Source: Eledone cirrhosa (lineage: Eukaryota). From it: DNA of 64,000 nt. The translations under genes were made by a program, and so were the position numbers. Location of the stretch: the NCBI GenBank assembly GCA_964016885.1, contig OZ024754.1, positions 23,870,001 through 23,934,000 on the forward strand, written 5' to 3'. Below the pieces are notes generated by a model. The model was not told the origin of the DNA. It made no database searches and worked only from the letters and a program-made list of their open reading frames with translations. This document shows positions 14,101 to 26,500 of this stretch, piece by piece (positions within the stretch are counted from its first letter, which is position 1; each line of letters opens with the position of its first letter).

Positions 14101-17080
14101 GTTGTGGTTTAAGTCTATGTCTAAGGCCTGGGTTTGGTATTTAAATATAAGTCTAAGACTTGGGGATCGAGGTTTAAGTCTAAGTCTAAGGCTTGGTGTT
14201 GGGGTTTAATTCTAATTCTAAACCTTTGGTTTGGGGTTAGTGTCTAGGTCTAAGGCTTGAGGTTGGGGTTTAAGTCTAAGTCGAAGGCCTAGGGTTGGGG
14301 TGTAAGTCTAAGTCTAAGCCTTTGGGTTGAGGTTTAAGTCTATGTCTAAGGTTTGGGGTTAAGTTTAAGTTTACGTCTAACTCTAAGGGTTGGGGTTTAA
14401 GTCTAAGTCTGAGGCTTGGGGTTGGGGTTTAAGTATAAGTCTAAGGCTAGGAGTTGGTGTTCAAATCTAAGTGTAACCTTTGGAGTTGTGGTTTAAGTCT
14501 AAGTCTAAATCTTGCAGTTGGTGTTCAAGTCTAAGGCTTGGGGTTGCGGTTTAAGTCTAAGGCTTGGGGTTAGGGTTTAAGTGTAAGTGTAAGTTTAAGT
14601 TTATGTCTAAGGCTAGAGGTTGGGGTTTAGTCTAAGGGTTGGGGTTTAACTCTAAGTCTGAGGCTTGGGTTTAGGGTTTAAGTCTAAGTCTAAGTTTAGG
14701 GGTTTAAGTCTAAGTCTAAGGCTGTGGTTTGGGGTTTAAGTCAAATTCTAAGGCTTGTGGTTCGAGTTTAAGTCTAAGTCTAAGGCTTGTGTTTGGGGTT
14801 TAAGTCTAGGTCGAAGGCTTGGTTTTGGGTTTTAAGTCTAATTCTAAGGGTTGGGGTTTTGGGTTTAAGTCTGAGTCTGAGGCTCGGGATTGGGTTTTAA
14901 ATCTAAGTCTAAGTCTTGTGGTTGAGGTTTAAATCTAAGGATGGGTGTTGGGGTTTAAGGCTAAGTCTAATGCTTGTGGTTGGGGTTTATGTCTAAGTCT
15001 AAGGCATAGGGTTAGGGTTTAAGACTAAGTCTAAGGCTTGGGCTTGGGGTATAAGTCCAAGTCTAAGGATAAGGTTGGGCTTCGGGTTTAAATCTAAGGG
15101 TTGTGGTTAGGATTTAATTCTAAGGCTTGGAGTTGGGGTTTACGTCTAATTCTAAAGCTTGGGTTCGGGGTTTAAGTCTAAGTCTAAGTCTTGGGGTTGG
15201 CGTTTAAGTCTAAGGCTTGGGGTTCGGGTTTAAGACTAAGTTTCAGGCTTGGGTTTCGGGTTTAAGTCTAATTCTAAGGCTTCGTGTTCTGCTTCAAGTC
15301 TAAGTCTGATTTTTGGTGTTGGGGTTTAAATCTAAGTCTAAGTCTAAGGCTTGGGTTTTGTGTTAGGCGTTAAGTCTAAGGCTTATAGTTGTGGTTTAAG
15401 TCTAAGTCTAAGGCTTGGGGTTAGTGTTTAAGTTTAAGTCTAAGGCTAGGAGTTGGTGTTTAAGTCAATGTCTAAGGCTTGGGGTTGGGATTTATGTCTA
15501 AGGCTTGTGGTATGGTTTAATTTTGAGGCTTGGAGTTGGGGTTTAAGTCTAAGTCCAATGCTAGTGATTGGGGTTTAAGTCTAAGTCTAAGGCTTGGGTT
15601 TGGGGTTCAAGTCTAAGTCTAAGGATTAAGGTTGGGCTTTAAGTTTACGGGTTGGGCTAAGGCTTGGGGTTGGGGTTAGGTTGTAAGTCTAAAGTGTGTT
15701 ATTAGGGTTTAATTCAAAGGAATGGGGTTGTGGTTTAAGTCAATGTCTAAGGCTTTGGGTTGTGGTTTAAGTCTATGTCTAAGGCCTGGGTTTGGTATTT
15801 AAATATAAGTCTAAGACTTGGGGATCGAGGTTTAAGTCTAAGTCTAAGGCTTGGTGTTGGGGTTTAATTCTAATTCTAAACCTTTGGTTTGGGGTTAGTG
15901 TCTAGGTCTAAGGCTTGAGGTTGGGGTTTAAGTCTAAGTCGAAGGCCTAGGGTTGGGGTGTAAGTCTAAGTCTAAGCCTTTGGGTTGAGGTTTAAGTCTA
16001 TGTCTAAGGTTTGGGGTTAAGTTTAAGTTTACGTCTAACTCTAAGGGTTGGGGTTTAAGTCTAAGTCTGAGGCTTGGGGTTGGGGTTTAAGTATAAGTCT
16101 AAGGCTAGGAGTTGGTGTTCAAATCTAAGTGTAACCTTTGGAGTTGTGGTTTAAGTCTAAGTCTAAATCTTGCAGTTGGTGTTCAAGTCTAAGGCTTGGG
16201 GTTGCGGTTTAAGTTTAAGGCTTGGGGTTAGGGTTTAAGTGTAAGTGTAAGTTTAAGTTTATGTCTAAGGCTAGAGGTTGGGGTTTAGTCTAAGGGTTGG
16301 GGTTTAACTCTAAGTCTGAGGCTTGGGTTTAGGGTTTAAGTCTAAGTCTAAGTTTAGGGGTTTAAGTCTAAGTCTAAGGCTGTGGTTTGGGGTTTAAGTC
16401 AAATTCTAAGGCTTGTGGTTCGAGTTTAAGTCTAAGTCTAAGGCTTGTGTTTGGGGTTTAAGTCTAGGTCGAAGGCTTGGTTTTGGGTTTTAAGTCTAAT
16501 TCTAAGGGTTGGGGTTTTGGGTTTAAGTCTGAGTCTGAGGCTCGTGATTGGGGTTTAAATCTAAGTCTAAGTCTTGTGGTTGAGGTTTAAATCTAAGGAT
16601 GGGTGTTGGGGTTTAAGGCTAAGTCTAATGCTTGTGGTTGGGGTTTATGTCTAAGTCTAAGGCATAGGGTTAGGGTTTAAGACTAAGTCTAAGGCTTGGG
16701 CTTGGGGTATAAGTCCAAGTCTAAGGATAAGGTTGGGCTTCGGGTTTAAATCTAAGGGTTGTGGTTAGGATTTAATTCTAAGGCTTGGAGTTGGGGTTTA
16801 CGTCTAATTCTAAAGCTTGGCTTTGGAGTTTAAGTGTAAGTCTAACTCTTGGGGTTGGCGTTTAAGTCTAAGTCTTGGGGTTCGGGTTTAAGTCTAAGTT
16901 TCAGGCTTGGGTTTCGGGTTTAAGTCTAATTCTAAGGCTTCGTGTTCTGCTTTAAGTCTAAGTCTGATTTTTGGTGTTGGGGTTTAAATCTAAGTCTAAG
17001 TCTAAGGCTTGGGTTTTGGGTTAGGCGTTAAGTCTAAGGCTTATAGTTGTGGTTTAAGTCTAAGTCTAAGGCTTGGGGTT
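11168..17080 (+). repeat. ~1657-bp higher-order tandem repeat (about 3.5 copies, plus an earlier copy from ~8722)
   Basis: The junction GGTTTGGGGTTAAGTTTAAGTTTACGTCTAACTC recurs at ~12701, 14358 and 16016 (periods 1657 and 1658) with shared rare variants such as ATTCAAAGGAATGG. Confidence 0.9.
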
Positions 17081-20000
17081 AGGGTTTAAGTCTAAGGCTT
17101 GGGGTTAAAGTTTAAGTCTAAGTCTAAGTTTAGGAGTTGGGGTTTAAGTTTATGTCTAAGGCTAGGAGTTGGGTTTTAGTCTAAGTCTAATGGTTGGGGT
17201 TTAAGTCTAAGCCTGAGGCTTGGGGTTGGGGTTTAACTCTTAGTCTAAGTCTTGTGGTTGAGGTTTAAATCTAAGTTTTAGGATTTAAATCAAAGGATGG
17301 GTGTTGGCCTTTAAGTCTAAGTCTAATGCTTGTTGTTGGGGTTTATCTCTAAGTCTTAGGCATGGGGTTACGGTTTAAGTCTAAGTCTAAGGCTTGCGGC
17401 TAGGGTTTAAGTCTAAGTCTAAGTTTAGGAGTTGGGGTTTAAGTTTACGTCTAAGGCTAGGAGTTGGGTTTTAGTCTAAGTCTAAGGGTTGGGGTTTAAG
17501 TCTAAGCCTGAGGCTTGGGGTTGGGGTTTAAATCTAAGTCTAAGTATTGTGGTTGAGGTTTAAATCTAAGTTTTAGGATTTAAATCAAAGGATGGGTGTT
17601 GGCCTTTAAGTCTAAGTCTAATGCTTGTTGTTGGGGTTTATCTTTAAGTCTTAGGCATGGGGTTACGGTTTAAGTCTAAATCTAAGGCTTGGGGTTAGGG
17701 TGTGCGTATAAATCTAATGCTTGGCGTCAGGGTTTAAGTCTAAGTCTAAGGCTTGGGCTTGGGGTATAAGTCTAAGTCTAAGGCTAATGTTGGAGTTCCG
17801 GTTTAAGTCTAAGGGTTGTGGTTAGGATTTAAATCTAAGGCTTGGAGTTGGGGTTTACGTCTAAATCTAAAGCTTGGGGTTGGGGTTTATGTCTATGTCT
17901 AAGGCTTGGTGTTGAAGTTTAAGACTAAGTGTAAGGCTTGTGGTTGGAGTTTAAGTCTATGTCTAAGGCTTGGTGTTGGGATTTGAGTTTATGTCTAAGG
18001 CTTTGGTTTTGGGTTTAAAGTCTAAGTCTAAGGTTTCGGAGTTGGTGTTAAAGCCTAAATCTAAGGCTTGGGGTTGGGGTTTAATCTAAGGCTTGGTGTT
18101 GGGTTTAAGACTACGGCTTGCGTTTATGATTTAATACTAAGTCTTGGGTTGGGGTTTATGTCTAACTCTAATGCTTGGTGTTTTGGCTTTAAGTATATGT
18201 CTAAGGCTTTGGTTTGTGGTTTAAGCCTAAATCTAACGGTTGGTTTAAGATTTAAGTCTAAGGTTTGGGGTTAGCGTTTAAGTTCAAGTGTCAGGATTGG
18301 GATTGGGGTTTAAATTCTAAGTCTAAGGCTTGTGGTTTAAGCCTAATCTAAGGCTTGGTATTAGAGTTTAAGTCTAAGTCTAAGGCTTGGGGTTGGGGTT
18401 TAAATCTAAGACTTGTGGTTTGGGTTTAAATCTAAGGCTTGCAGTTGGGGTTTACGTCTAAGTTTAAAGTTTGGGGTTGGGGTTTAAGTCTAAATCTAAG
18501 TTTAAGTTTACATCTAAGTCTAAGGTTTGGGGTTGGGGTATAAGTCTATGTCTAAGGCTTGGGGTTAGTGTTTAAGTCTAAGTCTAAGTTTAGGCGTTGG
18601 GGTTTAAGTCTAAGTCTAAGGCTGTGGTTTGGGGTTTAAGTCAAATTCTAAGGCTTGTGGTTCGGGTTTAAGTTTAAGGCTAAGGCTTGTGTTTGGGGTT
18701 TAAGTCTAGGTCGAAGGCTTGGTTTTGGGTTTTAAGTCTAATTCTAAGGGTTGGTGTTTGGGGTTTAAGTCTGAGTCTGAGGCTCGGGATTGGGGTTTAA
18801 ATCTAAGTCTAAGTCTTGTGGTTGAGGTTTAAATCTAAGGATGGGTGTTGGGGTTTAAGGCTAAGTCTAATGCTTGTGGTTGGGGTTTATGTCTAAGTCT
18901 AAGGTATAGGGTTAGGGTTTAAGACTAAGTCTAAGGCTTGGGCTTGGGGTATAAGTCCAAGTCTAAGGATAAGGTTGGGCTTCGGGTTTAAATCTAAGGG
19001 TTGTGGTTAGGATTTAATTCTAAGGCTTGGAGTTGGGGTTTACGTCTAATTCTAAATCTTGGGTTTGGGGTTTAAGTGTAAGTCTAACTCTTGGGGTTGG
19101 CGTTTAAGTCTAAGTCTTGGGGTTCGGGTTTAAGTCTAAGTTTCAGGCTTGGGTTTCGGGTTTAAGTCTAATTCTAAGGCTTCGTGTTCTGCTTTAAGTC
19201 TAAGTCTGATTTTTGGTGTTGGGGTTTAAATCTAAGTCTAAGTCTAAGGCTTGGGTTTTGGGTTAGGCGTTAAGTCTAAGGCTTATAGTTGTGGTTTAAG
19301 TCTAAGTCTAAGGCTTGGGGTTAGGGTTTAAGTCTAAGGCTTGGGGTTAGGGTTTAAGTCTAAGTCTAAGTTTAGGAGTTGGGGTTTAAGTTTACGTCTA
19401 AGGCTAGGAGTTGGGTTTTAGTCTAAGTCTAAGGGTTGGGGTTTAAGTCTAAGCCTGAGGCTTGGGGTTGGGATTTAACTCTAAGTCTAAGTCTTGTGGT
19501 TGAGGTTTAAATCTAAGTTTTAGGATTTAAATCAAAGGATGGGTGTTGGCCTTTAAGTCTAAGTCCAATGCTTGTTGTTGGGGTTTATCTCTAAGTCTTA
19601 GGCATGGGGTTACGGTTTAAGTCTAAGTCTAAGGCTTGGGGTTAGTGTGTGAGTATAAATCTAATGCTTGGCGTCAGGGTTTAAGTCTAAGTCTAAGGCT
19701 TGGGCTTGGGGTATAAGTCTAAGTCTAAGGCTAAGGTTGGAGTTCTGGTTTAAGTCTAAGGGTTGTGGTTAGGATTTAAATCTAAGTTTTGGAGTTGGGG
19801 TTTACGTCTAAATCTAAAGCTTGGGGTTGGGATTTATGTCTATGTCTAAGGCTTGGGGTTGAAGTTTAAGACTAAGTGTAAGGCTTGTGGTTGGAGTTTA
19901 AGTCTATGTCTAAGGCTTGGTGTTGGGATTTGAGTTTATGTCTAAGGCTTTGGTTTTGGGTTTAAAGTCTAAGTCTAAGGTTTGGGAGTTGGTGTTAAAG

Positions 20001-20531
20001 CCTAAATCTAAGGCTTGGGGTTGGGGTTTAATCTAAGGCTTGGTGTTGGGTTTAAGACTACGGCTTGCGTTTATGATTTAATACTAAGTCTTGGGTTGGG
20101 GTTTATGTCTAACTCTAATGCTTGGTGTTTTGGCTTTAAGTATATGTCTAAGGCTTTGGTTTGTGGTTTAAGCCTAAATCTAAGGGTTGGTTTAAGATTT
20201 AAGTCTAAGGCTTGGGGTTAGCGTTTAAGTTCAAGTATCAGGATTGGGATTGGGGTTTAAATTCTAAGTCTAAGGCTTGTGGTTTAAGCCTAATCTAAGG
20301 CTTGGTATTAGAGTTTAAGTCTAAGTCTAAGGCTTGGGGTTGGGGTTTAAGTCTAAGACTTGTAGTTTGGGTTTAAATCTAAGGCTTGAAGTTGGGGTTT
20401 ACGTCTAAGTTTAAAGTTTGGGGTTGGGGTTTAAGTCTAAATCTAAGTTTAAGTTTACATCTAAGTCTAAGGTTTGGGGTTGGGGTATAAGTCTATGTCT
20501 AAGGCTTGGGGTTAGTATTTAAGTCTAAGTC
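16379..20531 (+). repeat. Two-copy ~1947-bp higher-order repeat; the first copy has an internal ~295-bp duplication
   Basis: GCTGTGGTTTGGGGTTTAAGTCAAATTC at 16379 and 18621; twin spurious ORFs at 18068 and 20015 (offset 1947); internal repeat at ~17128 and ~17422. Confidence 0.85.
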
Positions 20532-23500
20532 TTGGGTTTGTGGTTTAAGTCTAAGTCTAAGAATTGGTGTTAGGATTTAAGTCTAAGGTTTGGGGTTAGG
20601 GTTTTAGTCTAAGGGTTGGATTTGGAGTTTAAGTCTAACTCTAAAGCTTTGGGAGGGCGTTTATATCTAAGTCTAAGGCTTGGGTTTGGGTTTTAAGTCT
20701 ACGTCTAAGGCTTGGGATCGGGATTTAAATCTATGTCTAAGGCTTGGATTTCGGGTTTAAGTCTAATTTTAAGGCTTCGTGTTCGGCTTTAAGTCTAAGT
20801 CTAAGGCTTATGGTTGGGGTTTAACTCTAAGACTAAGGCTTAGAGTTTAAGTCTAAGGTTTGGGGTTTGGGTTTAAGTCTAAGGCTTGTGGTTACGGTTT
20901 AAGTCTAAGGCTTGGTATTGGCTTTAAGTCTAAGTCTAATGCTAGTGGTTGAGGTTTAAGTCTAAATCTATGATTTGGGTTTTGGGTTTAAGTCTATGTC
21001 TAAGGCTAGGTGTTGGGGTTTAAGTCTAAGTCTAAGGCTTAGGGTTGGGGTTTAAATCTATGTCAAAGCGTTGGGGTTGGGGTTTAAGTCTAACTCTATT
21101 GCTTGGTGTTGTGTTTAAGTCTACGGCTTATGGTTTAATTCTAACGCTTGGAGTTGGGGTTTATGTCTATGTCTAATGCTAGTGGGTGTGGTTTAAGGCT
21201 TGGGTTTCCGGTTTAAGTCTAAGTCTGAGGCTTGGGGTTGGGGTTTAAGTCTAATGCTTGTGGTTGTGGTTTAAATCTAAGTCTAAGTCTTGTGGTTGGG
21301 GTTTAAGTCTAAGTCTAAGGGCTGGTTTAGGATTTAAGCCTAAGGCTTGGGGTTAGGCTTCAACTCTAAGTCTCAAGATTGGGATTGGGGTTTAAATTCG
21401 AAGTCTAAGACTTGGGATTGGGGTTTAAATCTAAGTCTCAGGCTTGGGTTTCGGGTTTAAGTCTAATTCTAAGGCTTCGTGTTCGGCTTTAAGTCAAAGT
21501 CTGATTTTTGGTGTTGGTGTTTAAATCTAAGTCTAAATCTAAGGCTTGGGGTTTGGGTTAGGCTTTAAGTCTGAGGCTTATAGTTGTGGTTTAAGTCTAA
21601 GTCTAAGGCTTGGGTTAGGGTTTAAGTCTAAGACTTAGGGTTAGGGTTTCAGTCTAAGTTTAAGTTTAGGGGTTGGGGTTTAAGTTTACGTCTAAGGCTA
21701 GGAGTTGGGTTTTAGTCTAAGTCTAAGTGTTGGGGTTTAAGTCTTAGCCTGAGGCTTGGGGTTTGGGTTTAAGTCTAGGTCTAAGGCTTGGGTTTGGGGT
21801 TTAAATCTAATGCTAAGGCTTTGGTATGGGCTTAAGTCTAAGTTTGGGGCTTGGGTTGGGGTTTAAGTCTAAGTCTAAGTTTTCTGGTTGGGGTTTAAAT
21901 CTAAGGGTTAGGATTTAAATCTATGGATGGGTGTTGGGTTTTAAGTCTAAGTCTAATGCTTGTGATTGGGGTTTATGTCTAAGTCTAAGGTATGGGGTTA
22001 CGGTTTAAGTCTAAGTCTAAGGCTTGGGGTTAGTGTGTGAGTATAAATCTAATGCTTGGCGTTAGGGGTTAAGTCTAAGTCTAAGGCTTGGGCTTGGGGT
22101 ATAAATCTAAGTCTGAGGTTAAGGTTGAAGTTCCCGTTTAAGTTTTAGAGTTGTGGTTAGGATTTAATTCTAAGGCTTGGAGTTGGGATTTACGTCTAAG
22201 TCTAAAGTTTGGGGTTGGGGTTTAAGTCTATGTCTAAGGCTTGGAGTTGGAGTTTAAGTCTAAGTTTAAGGCTATGGGTTGGGATGTAAGTCTACGTCTA
22301 AGGCTTGAGGTTGGGGTTTAATTTTACGTCTAAGTGTAGGCGTTGGGGTTTAAGTCTAAGTCTGAGGCTTGGGGTTGGGGTTTAAGTCTAAGTGTAAGGC
22401 TAAGGTTGGGGTTTAAGTCTAAGGCTTGGTGTTGGGTTTAAGTCTACGGCTTGTGGTTATGGTTTAATTCTAAGGCTTGGAGTTTGGCTTCAAGTCCAAG
22501 TCTAATGCTAGTGGGTGGGGTTCAAGTCTAATTCTAAGGCTTGGGGTTGGGTTTTAAGTCTAAATCTAAGGCTTATGTTTGGGGTTTAAATCTAAGTCTA
22601 AGGTTAGAGTTTAAGTCTAAGGCTTGGGGTTAGGGTTTAAGTCTAAGACTTGGAGTTGTGGTTTAAATCTAAGTCTAAAGTTTGGGGCTGGAATTTAAGT
22701 GTAAGCTTTGGGTTGGGGTTTATGTCTACGCCTAAGGCTTGATGTTTGGGTTTAAGTCTAAGGCTTATGTTTATGGTTTAATTCTATGGCTTTTAGTTGG
22801 GGATTACGTCTAATTCTAAAGCTTGGGGTTGGGGTTTAAGAATTAGACAAGGGCTTGATGTTGGGGTTTAAATCTATGTCTATGTCTTGGGGTTTAATCT
22901 AAGTCTGAGGCTTAAGGTTTGGGTGTAAGTCTAAGTCTAAGGCTTGGAGTTGGGGTTTGGGGTACGGGTTTAAGTCTAATTCTAAGGCTTGGGTTGGGGG
23001 TTTAAGTCTAAATCTAAGGCTTGGGGTAGGGTTTAAGTCTAAATTGAAAGCTTGGGGTTAGGGTGTATGTGTAAATCTAAGGCTTGGATTTAGAGTTTAC
23101 GTCTAAGTCTAAGGCTCGGGGTTGGGGTTAATGTCTAAGTCTAAGGCTTGGGGTTGGGGTTTAAGTCTAAGTCTAAGGCTTGGGTTGGGATTCAAGTTTA
23201 AGTCTAAGGCTAGGAGTTTGGGTTTAAATCTAGGTCTAAGGCTTGGGATTGGGGTTTAAATCTAAGTCTAAGTCTTGGTAGGGGGTTTAAGTCTAAGCCT
23301 AAGAATTGGGGTTTAAGTCTAGGTCTAAGGCTTGGGTTTGGGGTTTAAGCCTAATTCTAAGGCTTGGGGTTCGGGTTTAAATATAAGTCTGAGGCTTGGG
23401 GTTGGGATTTAAGTCTAAATCTAAGTCTTGTGGTTGGGGTTTAAATCTAAGGGTTAGGATTTAAATCTAAGTATGGGTGTTGGGGTTTGAGGCTAAATCT

Positions 23501-26500
23501 AATGCTTGTGGTTGGGGTTTATGTATAAGTCTAAGGCTTGGGGTTAGGGTGTGAGTATAAATCTAATGCTTGGCGTTAGGGCTTAAGTCTAATGCTTGGA
23601 GTTGTGGTTTAATTCTAACTCTAAGTTTAAGTTTACGTCTAAGGTTAGGGGTTGCGGTTTAAGTCTAAGTCTGGGGCTTGGGGTTGGGGTTTAAATCTAA
23701 GTCTAAGACTTTGGGTTGTGGTTTATGTCTAAGTCTAAGGCTTGGAGTTGGGGTTATGCTTTAAGCCTAAGGCTTGGGGGTTAGGGTTTAAATCTAAGTC
23801 TAAGGCTTGTAGTTGTGGTTCAAGTCTAACTCTAAGGCTTGGAGTTTGGGTTTAAGTCTAAATCTAAGGCTTATAATTGGGGTTTAAGTCTAAATCTAAG
23901 GCTTATAATTGGGGTTTAAGTCTAAGTCTACAACTTGGGATTAGGGTTTAAGTCTAAGTCTTGGGGTTAGGGTTTAAGTCTAAGTGTAAATTTACGTGTT
24001 GGGGTTTAAGTTTACTTGTAAGGCTAGCGGTTGTGGTTTAAGTCTAAGTCTAAGGCTTGGGATTAGGGTGTGAGTATAAATCTAATACTTGGCGTTAGGG
24101 TTCAAGTCTAACTCCAAGGCTTGGAGTTGGGGTTTACGTCTACGTCTAAGTCTTGAGGTTAGGGTTTAAGTCTAAGTCTTGGAGTTGGGGTTTAATTTTA
24201 CGTCTAAGTGTAGGCTTGGGGTTTAAGTAAGTGCAAGACTTGTGGTTGGGGTTTAAGTCTACGTCTAAGGCTTGGTGTTGGGATTTAAATCTATGTCCAG
24301 ACTTTGGTTTTGGGTTTAAGTCTAAGTAAAAGGTTTGGGAGTTGGTGTTTAAGCCTAAGTCTAAGGTTTGGGGTTGGGGTTTAAGTCTAAGGCTTGGTGT
24401 TGGGTTTAAGTCTAGGGCTTGTGGTTATGGTTTAATTCTAAGGCTTGGAGTTGTGGTTCAAGTCTAAGTCTAATGATTAGTGGGTAGGGTTCAAGTCTAA
24501 GTCTAAGGCTTGGGGTTGGGTTTTAAGTCTAAGTCTAAGGCTTATGGTTGGGGTTTAAATCTAAGTCTAAGGTTAGAGTTTAAGTCTAAGGCTTGGAGTT
24601 GTGGTTTAAGTCTAAGTCTAAGGCTTGGGGCTGGAGTTTAAGTGTAAGCTTTGGGTTGGGGTTTAAGTCTATGCCTAAAGCTTGAGCTTGGGGTTTAAGT
24701 CTAAGTCTAAGGCTTTGGGTTCGGGTTTAAGTCTAAGCTAAGGCTTGGGGTTGGGGTTAGGCTTTAAGTCTAAGGCTTGGGTTTAGGGTTTAAGTCTAAG
24801 TAAAAGGTTTGGGAGTTGGTGTTTAAGCCTAAGTCTAAGGCTTGGGGTTGGGGTTTAAGTCTAAGGCTTGGTGTTGGGTTTAAGTCTACGGCTTGTGGTT
24901 ATGGTTTAATTCTAAGGCTTGGAGTTGTGGTTCAAGTCTAAGTCTAATGCTAGTGGGTCGGGTTCAAGACTAAGTCTAAGGCTTGGGGTTGGGTTTTAAG
25001 TCTAAGTCTAAGGCTTATGGTTGGGGGTTAAATCTAAGGCTTGGGGTTGGGGTTTAAGTTTAAGTCTAAGGCTTGGGGTTGGGGTTTAAGTTTAAGTCTA
25101 AGGCTAGGGTTTGTGGTTTAAGTCTAAATCTAAGAGTTGGTGTTAGGATTTAAGTCTAAGGCTTGGGGTTAGGGTTTAAGTCTAAGGGTTGGATTTGGGG
25201 TTTAAGTCTCAGTCTAAGACTTGGGGGGGTTAGGTTGTAAGTCTAAAGCTTGTTATTAGGGTTTAATTCAAAGGCTTGGGGTTGGGGTTTAATTCTAAAT
25301 GTAAGGCTTTGGTTTGGGATTAGTGTCTACGTCTAAGGCTTGAGGTTGGGTTTTAAATCTAAGTCTAAGTCTTGGAGATGGGGTTTAAGTTTACTCCTAA
25401 GTTTGGTGTGTAAGTCTAAATCTAAGGCATGGGGTTGGGGTTAAAGTCTAAGTCTCACGATTAGGATTGGGGTTTAAGTCTAAGTCTAAGGCTTTGGGTT
25501 GAGGTTTAAATCTATGTCTAAGGCTTGGGGTTGAGGTTTATGTCTATGTCTAATGCATGGGGTTAGGGTTTAAGTCTATGTCTAATGCTTGGGATTTAAA
25601 TATATGTCCAGACTTTGGTTTTGGGTTTAAGTCTAAGTAAAAGGTTTGGGAGTTGGTGTTTAAGCCTAAGTCTAAGGCTTGGTGTTGGGGTTTAAGTCTA
25701 ATGCTTGGTGTTGGGTTTAAGTCTACGGCTTGTGGTTATGGTTTAATTCCAAGGCTTGGAGTTGTGGTTCAAGTCTAAGTCTAATGCTAGTGGGTGGTGT
25801 TCAAGTCTAAGTCTAAGGCTTGGGGTTGGGTTTTAAGTCTAAGTCTAAGGCTTATGGTTGGGGTTTAAATCTAAGTCTAAGGTTAGAGTTTAAGTCTAAG
25901 GCTTGGAGTTGTGGTTTAAGTCTAAGTCTAAGGCTTGGGGCTGGGGTTTAAGTGTAAGTTTTGGGTTGGGGTTTAAGTCTACGCCTAAGGCTTGAGGTTG
26001 TGGTTTAAATCTAAGTCTAAGGATATGGGTTGGGGTTTAAGTCTAAACTAAGGCTTGGGGTTGGTGTTAGGCTCTAAGTCTAAGGCCTGGGTTTAGGGTT
26101 TAAGTCTAAGTCTAAGGCTTGGGTTTGGGGTTTAAGTTTAAATCTAAGGATAGGAGTTGGGGTTCAAGTCTAAGTCTAAGGCTTGTGGTTGGGGTTTAAG
26201 TCTAAGTCTAAGGCTTATAGTTGGGGATTAAGTCTAAGTCTAAGGCTTGGGGTTAGGGTTTAAGTCTAAGGCTTGGGGTTAGCGTTTAAGTCTAACTCTA
26301 AGTTTAGGGGTTGGCGTTTAAGTTTACGTCTAAGGCTAGGGGTTGTGTTTTAAGTCTAAGTTTAAGGCTTGGCGTTTGGGTTTAAGTCTAAGGCTTGTGT
26401 TTATGGTTTAATTCTAAGGGTTGGTTTAGGATTTAAGTCTAAGACTTGGGGTTAGGGTTTAAGTTTAAGTCTCAAGATTGGGATTGGTGTTTAAATTCTA

